Below, in pieces: positions 40,553 to 50,047 of a stretch of DNA of 64,000 nucleotides. The notes below the pieces were generated by a model that had not been told where the DNA came from, did no database searches, and was given only the letters and a program-made list of their open reading frames with translations. The position numbers and the translations under genes were made by a program. Every line of letters starts with the position of its first letter. The first letter of the stretch is position 1. The stretch covers positions 1,491-65,490 of the forward strand of contig CANJPX010000011.1 in NCBI GenBank assembly GCA_947476185.1. The letters run 5' to 3'. Source of the stretch: Bacteroidota bacterium (GTDB lineage Bacteria > Bacteroidota > Bacteroidia > 2-12-FULL-35-15).

Positions 40553-43276
40553 ATGAAAAAAAACCTCCTTCTCCTATTCTATTTCTTTTTTAGTAGTTCC
40601 ATTTTTGCTCAGTCCAGCGGAGAAATAAATGGAACGATAAAAGATGCCCTTACCGGTGAGACAGTTATTGGTGCAAGCATTGTAGCTGCCGAAGGAAAAG
40701 GTACTGTAACTGATATCAATGGAAAATATTCATTAAAGCTTGACTCCGGACAATACATTGTTACCATTTCTTATGTTGGTTTTGAGCCTCAAAAACAAAA
40801 AGTTAAAGTAGGAAACAAACCTGTTACACTAAATTTTTCTTTAGAAACAAAAACGCTTACTGAGGTGGAGATTGTTGCCGATGTAGCAAAGATTAGAGAA
40901 ACTCCTGTAGCCTTTTCTACCATATCGATAAAACAAATCAAAGAAGAACTCGGAACAAGGGATTTACCGATGATATTAAATTCCACACCTGGTGTTTACG
41001 CAACTGAACAAGGAGGAGGAAGTGGCGATGCCCGAGTAAGTATCAGAGGGTTCGACCAACGAAATGTTGCAGTGATGGTTGATGGTGTTCCTGTAAACGA
41101 TATGGAAAATGGCCAAGTTTATTGGAGCAATTGGGACGGATTAGGTGATATTACTCAAACCATGCAAGTGCAAAGGGGGCTAGGAGCATCCAAATTAGCT
41201 ATTGCATCTGTTGGGGGAACAATTAATATTATAACAAAAGGAATTGATAGCAAATTTGGAGTAAGCGTAAAACAAGAAGTTAATAATTATGGATTGTTTA
41301 AATCCTCTTTCGGAATCAATTCAGGACAGCTAAAAGGCGGATGGGGCATTACCCTTGCAGGTTCCCGAAAATGGGGAAATGGATTTGCTGATGCTACTTT
41401 TGATGATGCCTGGTCGTATTTTTTTAAGATTCAAAAAAGATTCAAAAAACAATTATTGAGTTTTAGCGCAAGTGGAGCTCCTCAATCGCATGGGCAGCGT
41501 TCAACTCCTTTATTACCGATTGCAATATATAGTAAAAAGCTTGCACAGGATCTAGGTGTCAATGTTGATTCAGTTTATGGGGCTAGCCCTTACACAACAG
41601 TGTTTCAAGGGGAACGCGGTATAAAATACAATTCAAATTGGGGAGATCTAAATGGTGATGTTTATAATGAAAAAATTAATTATTTCCATAAACCACAATT
41701 TAACCTTTCGCACTTTTGGACTCCAAATGAAAAGCTAAATGTCTCTACCGTTCTTTATATGTCAATTGGCAAAGGTGGTGGCACAGGCTTAAAAGGCTCA
41801 GTGCTAAGAGATACTGCAAATGGACAATTAAATTTCCAACAAGCCTATGATTACAACACAAGTTCATTGGCCATCAATTCTTTTTATAATCCTACCGAAC
41901 ATATTTCGAATACCTATTTGAGATCATCAGTTAATAATCATATTTGGTATGGATTGATATCCACATGGAATTATAAAATCAATAAAAATGTTTCATCATT
42001 ATTAGGAATAGATGCACGTTATTACAAAGGAACACATTATCAAAGTGTCTATGACCTATTAGGTGGTGACTATACATTAGATTTTTCAGACAAAAACCAG
42101 CCTTTTGCTTCGGTGGATAAAAATTCAGCCATAAAGAAGGTCGGTGATAAAATAAGTTATTACAACGATGCGATTGTTATGTGGGGAGGAGCATTTGCGC
42201 AAGTGGAATACAAAAAAAACAAATGGAGTACATTTTTAACTGCAACAATTTCAGAAACAGGTTATCAACGAATTGATTATTTTAAAAAGAAAGACCTTGT
42301 TTTACCTGATACAATTATCCCACAGGTCCTTGGTTATGGAGATACCTATACCTACAATGGAGTAGCTTATGATCATAATTCAGCTGAAGCAAAAACATCA
42401 ACAACAAAACGTAAATGGTTTTTAGGGTATACCATAAAAGGCGGAGCAAATTATAATATTAATGAGCATCAAAATGCATTTTTGAATCTTGGTTATTTGA
42501 ATATGGCTCCTAGAATGAATGTTGTATTCGACAATAATAATAAAACATTTTTGCATGTAAAAAATCAAAAAGTTTATGCTATCGAAGGAGGTTACGGATT
42601 TCACAATGCCAAATTTGCGACAAATGTAAATCTCTATTATACTTTATGGAAAAACAAACCACCATCGTATACACCTACTATTCCTGATATAGTAAATGGC
42701 GGTGTGTTATCCTATAACATTAATGGCTTAGATGCTTTGCACAAAGGAATCGAAATCGATTTTATTTATAAGTTATTGAAAAATTTGGATGTTGAAGGAA
42801 TAGCCTCTTTTGGCGATTGGAAAACTATTTCAGGAGAAAAAGTTTACATAACAAATGAAGAAGGTATTGTTCAGGATTCAGTTGATTTCAGTGCAAAAGA
42901 TGTTCATGTCGGAGATGCCGCACAAATCCAGATTGGTGGTAGCGTCAGGTATGAAATAATTAAAAATTTATACATCAAACCACGCTTCACCTACTTTGCA
43001 AAAAACTATGCAAACTTCGACCCCATTAAATTAGTAGGTGTTGACAAAGATCGCGAGTCCTGGAAAATGCCGAATTATGCTTTATTGGACCTATATGCCG
43101 GATACAATTTAAAGTATTGGAAATTAAATTTTGACCTGTCAGCCGGTATATTAAATATACTAAATGCAACCTATATAACAGATGCGCAAAACGGAGCAAA
43201 ATTCGACCCAACAACCGCAACAGTTTTTGTTGGTATGGGAAGAAGATTTAACCTAGGATTAAAAATTACCTTTTAA
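40553..43276 (+). CDS. TonB-dependent receptor
   Basis: N-terminal carboxypeptidase-regulatory-like domain, plug (TPGVY, IRGF, DGVPVND, QVQRG, GGTIN), terminal GRRFNLGLKITF. Confidence 0.93.
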   Translation: MKKNLLLLFYFFFSSSIFAQSSGEINGTIKDALTGETVIGASIVAAEGKGTVTDINGKYSLKLDSGQYIVTISYVGFEPQKQKVKVGNKPVTLNFSLETKTLTEVEIVADVAKIRETPVAFSTISIKQIKEELGTRDLPMILNSTPGVYATEQGGGSGDARVSIRGFDQRNVAVMVDGVPVNDMENGQVYWSNWDGLGDITQTMQVQRGLGASKLAIASVGGTINIITKGIDSKFGVSVKQEVNNYGLFKSSFGINSGQLKGGWGITLAGSRKWGNGFADATFDDAWSYFFKIQKRFKKQLLSFSASGAPQSHGQRSTPLLPIAIYSKKLAQDLGVNVDSVYGASPYTTVFQGERGIKYNSNWGDLNGDVYNEKINYFHKPQFNLSHFWTPNEKLNVSTVLYMSIGKGGGTGLKGSVLRDTANGQLNFQQAYDYNTSSLAINSFYNPTEHISNTYLRSSVNNHIWYGLISTWNYKINKNVSSLLGIDARYYKGTHYQSVYDLLGGDYTLDFSDKNQPFASVDKNSAIKKVGDKISYYNDAIVMWGGAFAQVEYKKNKWSTFLTATISETGYQRIDYFKKKDLVLPDTIIPQVLGYGDTYTYNGVAYDHNSAEAKTSTTKRKWFLGYTIKGGANYNINEHQNAFLNLGYLNMAPRMNVVFDNNNKTFLHVKNQKVYAIEGGYGFHNAKFATNVNLYYTLWKNKPPSYTPTIPDIVNGGVLSYNINGLDALHKGIEIDFIYKLLKNLDVEGIASFGDWKTISGEKVYITNEEGIVQDSVDFSAKDVHVGDAAQIQIGGSVRYEIIKNLYIKPRFTYFAKNYANFDPIKLVGVDKDRESWKMPNYALLDLYAGYNLKYWKLNFDLSAGILNILNATYITDAQNGAKFDPTTATVFVGMGRRFNLGLKITF

Positions 43277-43295
43277 ATTTTAATAACAACTCAAC

Positions 43296-45566
43296 ATGAA
43301 AAAATTATTACTTACTTCAATTGCAACAGTTTGCATAGCAGTTCTAAGTATTGCACAAGCAACCTTGCCAGTATCGTGGGGCTTCCACACCACTACATTA
43401 CCAACAGGCTGGTCAGCTGCACCTGCATTGGCCTATTATTCAGGGTCTGGCTCCCCTGCACCAGCAGCTAAATTTACAACTACAGGAGCTACTCTAACCA
43501 TTGCTTTTGTTGGAACTCCGGGAACTTTATCCTTCGAGTTAGCTGGAAATCCTCCACCTTCTTTAACTTGGGCAGGAACTTTCAGGGTTGAAGAATCTGT
43601 GAATGGAACAACCTGGACCACAGTTGGAACGGCCTATACCACATTGCCGCCAACTTATACTAACTATAGCAACACATTGCTGAGCGCAAGTCGTTATGTA
43701 CGCTTTAATTTTGTAACACATACAACTGGAAATGTTGGATTGGACTCTGTAAAAATCGGAACAGGCGTTTCTACAACACAACAAATTAATGTACAACAAA
43801 GCGCTTCAACAATTGTGAATGGTGGAACTTATGCATTAAGCTCTCCTGTAAGTACAATGTTACCTACCACTTTTGTAATACAAAATACTGGAACTGTTGG
43901 AACATTGAATGTATCAGGTGTAACAATAACAGGACCTGCTGCTGCTGATTATTCAGTAGCATCTTTTCCATCAACTGTTGCTCCATTAGGAAGCGGTAAT
44001 ATGGTAATTAACTTTACTCCGTCTGTTGCAGGTTCACGTATCGCTGCGATTAATATTGCTAATAATGATCCTACTGCAACAACTTATATAATCAATTTAT
44101 ATGGTGTAGGAGGAACTCTTGCTTCTGAGCCTACAGCACAACCTAGCAGCTTTGTTTTTTCTACTATTAAATCATATCAATTTACAGCTAATTTTACAGC
44201 AGCATCACCAGCCCCAGATGGAGGATATCTTGTTTTGAGAAGAACAGGTTCAGCCGTTACTGATTTACCAGTTGATGGAGTTGATTATCAAAGAGGGGAT
44301 GTAATCGGAAATTCAAAAGTAGTTTACAGTTCTTCTGCATCCGGTTTTTATCCAAATGAACTAGTTGCCAGCACAACGTATTATTTTGCTGTTTTCTCAT
44401 ATAACGGCCCAGGTGTTTATCGTAATTATTTAACAACTTCTCCTTTAACAGGAAGTGCGACAACTTTGGGTTCGATGCAACCCGCTTCGTATTATAGCAC
44501 AGTTTCAACTGCAAGTCCATCATTTGTTACTGACTTACATAATAAAATTAATCCTCACACAATACAATTTTATAGTAGTTATGGACCATTAATGGTAGAA
44601 CGAATTTATAATCGTGATACTACAGCTGGTCAACGCGTAGTAACTTGTGTTTACAGTGGTTTAAATAAAGTTTACAATGACCCTTTTGATTGGACAACAG
44701 ATGACTTTAGCCGTGAACACACGTATTGCCAAAGCTGGCAAGTAACGGTTAACGCTCCTACCTTCCAAAGTTTACCTGAGTATAACGATTACCATATGAT
44801 TACCCCTACAAATCAACCATTAGTAAATGGTGTTCGTAGTAATTATCCTTTAGGTGAAGTTGTAACTCCAATCTCTAGTTACTTAGGAAGTAAATTTGGT
44901 TATGATGCTGCCGGAAATAAAGTATTTGAACCTCGCGATTCTGATAAAGGAGATGCTGCACGTTGTATGTTATATCAATGTATTTGCTACACGGGTGTTC
45001 CTTATTCTGGACCAGCAAACACAAATGTTGTTTACGCTTCAGGTGCTGCAACATGGTCTTTACCGAAGATTATAAATAGCTCCCCTATTCCTTATGGTCA
45101 AGATCAGGATGTATTGAAAAGATGGAACTACCAAGATCCTCCTTCTAAATTCGAAATCGCTCGCAACGATTATGTTGACTCATTGCAGGGAAATCGTAAT
45201 CCGTTTATTGACAGTATGCAATATGTTTGTTACATAGATTTCAGCACAATGACAAAAATTGCAGGTTCACCTGCACCATGCAACACGGCAAGTATTGCAG
45301 ACCATGATATGAATAACGATATCATCACATTGGCTCCAAATCCAAACAACGGAAATTTTACAGCACACTATTCTTCTTCTCAAGAACAAAAGGTAACTGT
45401 AAGATTATTTGATGTAACAGGAAGAGTTGTTTATTCTGATATCATCAAAGTAAATATTGGAGACAATCCGATTGAAATGCAATTACAAAATTTAAATAAA
45501 GGAATTTATCTATTTGAGTTTACAACCCAAAAAGGCAAACAGAACGTGAAGTTGATGATTGATTAA
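43296..45566 (+). CDS. Secreted endonuclease I-family (His-Me finger) nuclease with Ig-like domains and T9SS CTD
   Basis: REH, DYH...P, N..RSNYP, EPRD..KGD.AR, W...DPP..E..RN, QGNRNPFID; APNPN...KGIY CTD. Confidence 0.87.
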   Translation: MKKLLLTSIATVCIAVLSIAQATLPVSWGFHTTTLPTGWSAAPALAYYSGSGSPAPAAKFTTTGATLTIAFVGTPGTLSFELAGNPPPSLTWAGTFRVEESVNGTTWTTVGTAYTTLPPTYTNYSNTLLSASRYVRFNFVTHTTGNVGLDSVKIGTGVSTTQQINVQQSASTIVNGGTYALSSPVSTMLPTTFVIQNTGTVGTLNVSGVTITGPAAADYSVASFPSTVAPLGSGNMVINFTPSVAGSRIAAINIANNDPTATTYIINLYGVGGTLASEPTAQPSSFVFSTIKSYQFTANFTAASPAPDGGYLVLRRTGSAVTDLPVDGVDYQRGDVIGNSKVVYSSSASGFYPNELVASTTYYFAVFSYNGPGVYRNYLTTSPLTGSATTLGSMQPASYYSTVSTASPSFVTDLHNKINPHTIQFYSSYGPLMVERIYNRDTTAGQRVVTCVYSGLNKVYNDPFDWTTDDFSREHTYCQSWQVTVNAPTFQSLPEYNDYHMITPTNQPLVNGVRSNYPLGEVVTPISSYLGSKFGYDAAGNKVFEPRDSDKGDAARCMLYQCICYTGVPYSGPANTNVVYASGAATWSLPKIINSSPIPYGQDQDVLKRWNYQDPPSKFEIARNDYVDSLQGNRNPFIDSMQYVCYIDFSTMTKIAGSPAPCNTASIADHDMNNDIITLAPNPNNGNFTAHYSSSQEQKVTVRLFDVTGRVVYSDIIKVNIGDNPIEMQLQNLNKGIYLFEFTTQKGKQNVKLMID

Positions 45567-45581
45567 ATTATGTTAATTGAG

Positions 45582-45617
45582 AAAAGAACGTCATACAGAA
45601 ATGTATGGCGTTTTTTT
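45582..45617. terminator. Probable bidirectional terminator
   Basis: AACGTCATACA-GAAA-TGTATGGCGTT flanked by A- and T-runs between convergent genes. Confidence 0.75.
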
Positions 45618-46401
45618 ATTTTATAAACTTCATTACTGTTTCAAAAAACTCTTTTGGCTTTTCAGCATGAAGCCAATGACCAGATCCGGCAACAGTTTCA
45701 AGAATACTATTTGGAAATAATTCTTTGATGGAAAGGATGTCCTCATCTAAAATATAATTCGAATATTCCCCTCTGATGAATAAAGCAGGAACTTCACAAA
45801 TCATATCTTTTGGAGTAGCGTCGCCAATATGCGCAACTTCTTGACCTACATTTTCTATCTGTTGAATGATCACTTTTAAATTAAATCGCCAAGCCATTTC
45901 CGTTTCATCCACCCAAAAAATATTTTTCAATAAAAATTGCTTCGTTCCAAAATCAGAAATATATTTAGATAAGACTTCTTCTACTTCTTTCCTGGTTTTT
46001 ACAACATTAAAATCAACGGCTTGTAATCCTTCCATAACACCTTGATGATGCAGCGGATAATATTTTGGCGCGATATCAGCAACAATTAATTTATCCAGAT
46101 TTTCGGGATGATCAATAGCAAATTGCATGGCCGTTTTTCCACCCATAGAATGCCCGAGTAAGATCACATTTTTTAATTGATGCTCTTTTATCAACTCGAA
46201 AATATCCTCACTCATCGCTTTAAAATCCCAAACATCACTGTGCGGAGAAAGCCCGTGGTTACGTTGATCTACGGCATATGCCTCAAACCCTTTTTCAGCA
46301 AACAATTTTGCATGTGTATTCCAATTATCACTTTGCCCGAACAGTCCGTGCAAAATAATCATTGGTTGACCTTCCCCGAATTTTCGATAAAATAATTTCA
46401 T
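45616..46401 (-). CDS. Alpha/beta hydrolase (YbfF-like esterase)
   Basis: LHGLFG..DNW, DQRNHG.S, GHSMGGK, GHWLHAEKP. Confidence 0.9.
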   Translation of the reverse strand: MKLFYRKFGEGQPMIILHGLFGQSDNWNTHAKLFAEKGFEAYAVDQRNHGLSPHSDVWDFKAMSEDIFELIKEHQLKNVILLGHSMGGKTAMQFAIDHPENLDKLIVADIAPKYYPLHHQGVMEGLQAVDFNVVKTRKEVEEVLSKYISDFGTKQFLLKNIFWVDETEMAWRFNLKVIIQQIENVGQEVAHIGDATPKDMICEVPALFIRGEYSNYILDEDILSIKELFPNSILETVAGSGHWLHAEKPKEFFETVMKFIK

Positions 46402-46420
46402 AAAAAAATTTGTTCAGCTT

Positions 46421-46461
46421 CCCTTCTCCAACTGGAATATTTTTCAGAAGGACGGATGAGG
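46421..46461 (+). repeat. Interrupted copy of the GC-rich hairpin element abutting the pdxJ stop codon
   Basis: CCCTTCTCCAACTGG[AATATTTTTC]AGAAGGACGGATGAGG. Confidence 0.6.
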
Positions 46462-47181
46462 TTATTTTAATTCTCTTAAATAAAGTTGAATTGTATTTTC
46501 CAAACCAAAATACAATGCATCCGAAATCAATGCATGACCAATAGAAACTTCTAAAAGACCTTCGATGTTCTTTGCAAAAAAATTTAAATTCTGAAGATTC
46601 AGATCATGCCCCGCATTTATTCCTAACCCTAGTTCATTCGCTCGCTTTGCGGCAGCGACAAATGGAGCGATGGCTTTTTCCCTGTTATCAGAATAATATT
46701 TTGCATAATTTTCGGTATACAATTCTATTCTGTCGGCACCGGTTTCCAATGCACCTTCAATCATTTTTATATCCGCATCCACAAAAACAGAAGTACGTAT
46801 CCCTGCATTTTTAAATACTGAAATTATTTCTGATAAATATTTTTTATGTGTTATCGTATCCCATCCATGATCTGAAGTCAGCTGCCCAAGACCATCAGGA
46901 ACCAACGTAACCTGAGTAGGTTTATTTTCCAATACTAGTTCAATAAACTTTTGCTCTTTCGGATTTCCTTCAATATTAAATTCAGTATGAAGTAATGGCT
47001 TCAATTCTTTCACATCTTTATACCGAATATGTCGCTCATCCGGTCGGGGATGCACTGTAATACCCTGCGCACCAAATCGTTCGCAATCCATTGCTACCGT
47101 CAAGAGATCAGGAGTATTTCCTCCTCTTGAATTGCGAATTGTCGCAATTTTATTGATATTTACACTTAACTTTGTGATCAT
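46462..47181 (-). CDS. pdxJ: Pyridoxine 5'-phosphate synthase
   Basis: [44 protein letters not shown]. Confidence 0.95.
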   Translation of the reverse strand: MITKLSVNINKIATIRNSRGGNTPDLLTVAMDCERFGAQGITVHPRPDERHIRYKDVKELKPLLHTEFNIEGNPKEQKFIELVLENKPTQVTLVPDGLGQLTSDHGWDTITHKKYLSEIISVFKNAGIRTSVFVDADIKMIEGALETGADRIELYTENYAKYYSDNREKAIAPFVAAAKRANELGLGINAGHDLNLQNLNFFAKNIEGLLEVSIGHALISDALYFGLENTIQLYLRELK

Positions 47182-47293
47182 AAATCGTAAAATAAATTGC
47201 TAAGCTAAAAAATTAGTAAGTTTGTGTAATAAGATTGACAATTAATTGTTTTAAATATACGAAACAATTAATACAAATTGAGAGATAATAAAC

Positions 47294-47956
47294 ATGTTAG
47301 CAAAAGATCTAATAACAGACGAAATACCTCCACTGAAAACCTCAGACACCGGATTAATGGCAATTAACTGGATGGATGAGTTCAAGGTTTCGCAACTGCC
47401 GATTGTAAATAAACACGAATATCTGGGACTAATTTCCGATACAGATATCCTGGACCATAATATTACAAATGAAGAATTAGGAAAAAATAAACTTTCTTTA
47501 CTACGGCCATTTGTTTTTGAAGGTCAGCATATTTATGAAGTAATTAAAATGGTTTCAAGCATGAAACTTTCTGTATTGCCCGTGTTAAATGAACATCAAC
47601 ATTATGTTGGATTGATTCCTGTTTCGTCTTTGATCCATCAATTTGCAACTTTGGCTGCAACACGTGAGCCAGGCGGTATTGTGGTGTTAGAAATGAATGT
47701 GCATGATTATTCAATGACACAGATTGCACAAATTGTGGAAGGGAATGACGCGAAAATATTAAGTTGTTATTTAAATTCCATGTCGGATTCTACAAAAATT
47801 GAGGTCACTTTAAAACTCAATAAAGAGGATCTTTCAGGAATATTACAAACGTTTTATCGATACAACTACATCGTGAAAGCATCCTTTCAACAAAGTGAGT
47901 TTTCTGACGATATGAAAAATCGTTTTGATTCTTTTATGAATTATATTAATATTTAA
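47294..47956 (+). CDS. CBS-domain protein
   Basis: Tandem CBS repeats; typical position upstream of NAD kinase. Confidence 0.85.
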   Translation: MLAKDLITDEIPPLKTSDTGLMAINWMDEFKVSQLPIVNKHEYLGLISDTDILDHNITNEELGKNKLSLLRPFVFEGQHIYEVIKMVSSMKLSVLPVLNEHQHYVGLIPVSSLIHQFATLAATREPGGIVVLEMNVHDYSMTQIAQIVEGNDAKILSCYLNSMSDSTKIEVTLKLNKEDLSGILQTFYRYNYIVKASFQQSEFSDDMKNRFDSFMNYINI

Positions 47957-48014
47957 TTCCAAACTAATAAAGGGTCTTAAATGGATTTCTTCATTTTAAT
48001 ACTTTTATAACATT

Positions 48015-48893
48015 ATGCGAATAGCAATATACGGTCGCTCTACAAATGACAATACTTCCGAGTATATTCAAACGCTATTTCATAAACTTAACGAATACAA
48101 AACCGAAATAGTTGTTTATGAACCTTTTTATAATTTCATAAAACAAAAACTTGAATTGGTAGGTAATATCAAAACATTCTCTTCCCATTCCGATCTTTCG
48201 GGCAAAATAGATACCATGCTTAGTGTTGGCGGAGATGGTACTTTTCTTGAAACATTGTCCTTTGTGAGAAATTCGGGAATCCCGATTTTAGGGATAAATA
48301 CGGGAAGATTGGGCTTTTTGGCGAATGTTGCCAAATCTGAAATTAATATAGCAATTGAAGCAATTGCCGAAAAAAGGTACAGTATCGAAAAACGCTCTTT
48401 ACTCAGCGTTTCCGGTCCTAAAGGTATTTTTGGAGATGTCAATTACGGTCTAAATGAACTGACGGTGCTAAAAAAAGACACGTCGGCCATGATTACCATT
48501 AATGCCTATATCAATGGCAATTACCTGAACTCCTATTTTGCAGATGGGCTAATTATTGCAACACCCACCGGCTCAACAGCATACTCGTTAAGCTGCGGTG
48601 GACCATTAGTGATGCCCGGCTCCGAAAATTTTGTCATAACGCCCATCGCCCCACATAATTTAAATGTCCGACCTTTGGTCATTTCAGATAATAACATCAT
48701 CACATTAAAAGTAGAAGGACGAAGTCCTAACTTCCTTGTAACGCTTGATTCAAAAAGCGAAGTGATCGAATCCAATATCGAGCTTACTATCAAAAAAGCA
48801 GATTTTTCGATCAACCTGATTATTCTTGAAAATCAAAGCTTTTTCTCGACTATGAGAAACAAGCTACTATGGGGATTAGACAAGCGTAATTAA
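48015..48893 (+). CDS. nadK: NAD kinase
   Basis: GGDGTFL, GINTGRLGFL, LNE, DGLIIATPTGSTAYSLSCGGP. Confidence 0.96.
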   Translation: MRIAIYGRSTNDNTSEYIQTLFHKLNEYKTEIVVYEPFYNFIKQKLELVGNIKTFSSHSDLSGKIDTMLSVGGDGTFLETLSFVRNSGIPILGINTGRLGFLANVAKSEINIAIEAIAEKRYSIEKRSLLSVSGPKGIFGDVNYGLNELTVLKKDTSAMITINAYINGNYLNSYFADGLIIATPTGSTAYSLSCGGPLVMPGSENFVITPIAPHNLNVRPLVISDNNIITLKVEGRSPNFLVTLDSKSEVIESNIELTIKKADFSINLIILENQSFFSTMRNKLLWGLDKRN

Positions 48894-49003
48894 CTAATTT
48901 TAACAGGTCTAAATAAGCAAAAATCTACTATATTTGCCTTCCCCAGCAAAAAATGCAATAAAAACCCATTTTTCGAGTTATTAAAAGGGAACATTAAAAA
49001 ATC

Positions 49004-49846
49004 GTGAAAAAACATTATTTAATTCTTCTTTTCACTCTATTAGCAGGCCTTCCTAGCCAAGCGCAACGCCATAAAAAAAGCGCAGAAATTGGCGTATTTT
49101 TAGGTGGCTGTTATTATATTGGCGAATTAAATCCGACTGCTCACTTTAATCAATTCACAAAACCTGCCGGAGGATTCGTTTTTCGCTATAATTTCAATCC
49201 CAGACTTTCAGCAAGAGCGAATTTTATATTCGGAAGCATAGAAGGACACGACTCTTTTTCAAATTCTCCTGCAGCGCAGCAGCGCAACCTGAGTTTCAAA
49301 TCCCCTATTAACGAACTATCTGCACAATTGGAATTCAATTTCCTTGATTATCAAATTGGAAACGAGAAATATAAATTTTCACCTTATCTCTTTTTTGGAA
49401 TTGCAGGGTTTAAATTTAATCCGCAAGGGCAGCTAAACAACAATTGGGTAGCATTACAACCTTTAGGAACAGAGGGGCAGGGCCTTGACGGAGGAGCATC
49501 AAAAAAGAAATATAAATTGATCCAAATGTCTATTCCATTTGGAGTTGGCGCTAAAGCGAACCTATCGAAGAACATTGGAATTTCATTTGAATGGGGCATG
49601 CGAAAAACCTTCACCGATTATTTGGATGATGTAAGTAAAAAATATTATGATCCTATAATTTTAGCATCTGCACGCGGAGGTACGGCCGCAGTAATGTCTG
49701 ACCCAAGTATTGGGACAGATCCTGCATATCGTAATACAGGCCGACAAAGAGGAAATCCTACTAACAAAGATTGGTACTCGTTTGCCGGAATCGCATTGAC
49801 AATAAAGCTAAAAGAAAAAAGAGAAACGTGTCCGGGTGTGCAGTAA
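49004..49846 (+). CDS. porG: DUF6089-like outer-membrane beta-barrel protein (PorG-like by synteny)
   Basis: YYIGELN, RNLSF.S, TFTDYLDDVS, GNP..KDWY; lies upstream of uppS-bamA-skp; gene symbol rests on synteny; GTG start. Confidence 0.65.
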   Translation: MKKHYLILLFTLLAGLPSQAQRHKKSAEIGVFLGGCYYIGELNPTAHFNQFTKPAGGFVFRYNFNPRLSARANFIFGSIEGHDSFSNSPAAQQRNLSFKSPINELSAQLEFNFLDYQIGNEKYKFSPYLFFGIAGFKFNPQGQLNNNWVALQPLGTEGQGLDGGASKKKYKLIQMSIPFGVGAKANLSKNIGISFEWGMRKTFTDYLDDVSKKYYDPIILASARGGTAAVMSDPSIGTDPAYRNTGRQRGNPTNKDWYSFAGIALTIKLKEKRETCPGVQ

Positions 49847-49869
49847 AGTAACAAAACCAAGGTAGAAAA

Positions 49870-49900
49870 CGTTCTGTGATACAGAACGATTTTTATTTTT
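49870..49900 (+). terminator. Terminator-like hairpin
   Basis: CGTTCTGT-GAT-ACAGAACG followed by ATTTTTATTTTT. Confidence 0.6.
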
Positions 49901-50047
49901 ACTAACTGATTGAGAATAGAAATTATTTACTAAAAACGATCTGAAGATCGTGTTAACAAAAATAACGGATCCCAGATTTTATAAGGGAGGAATTCGGCTA
50001 AAGGTTTCATCAGTGAATCTCACCAATGAAAACAAGTCACATTAAAA

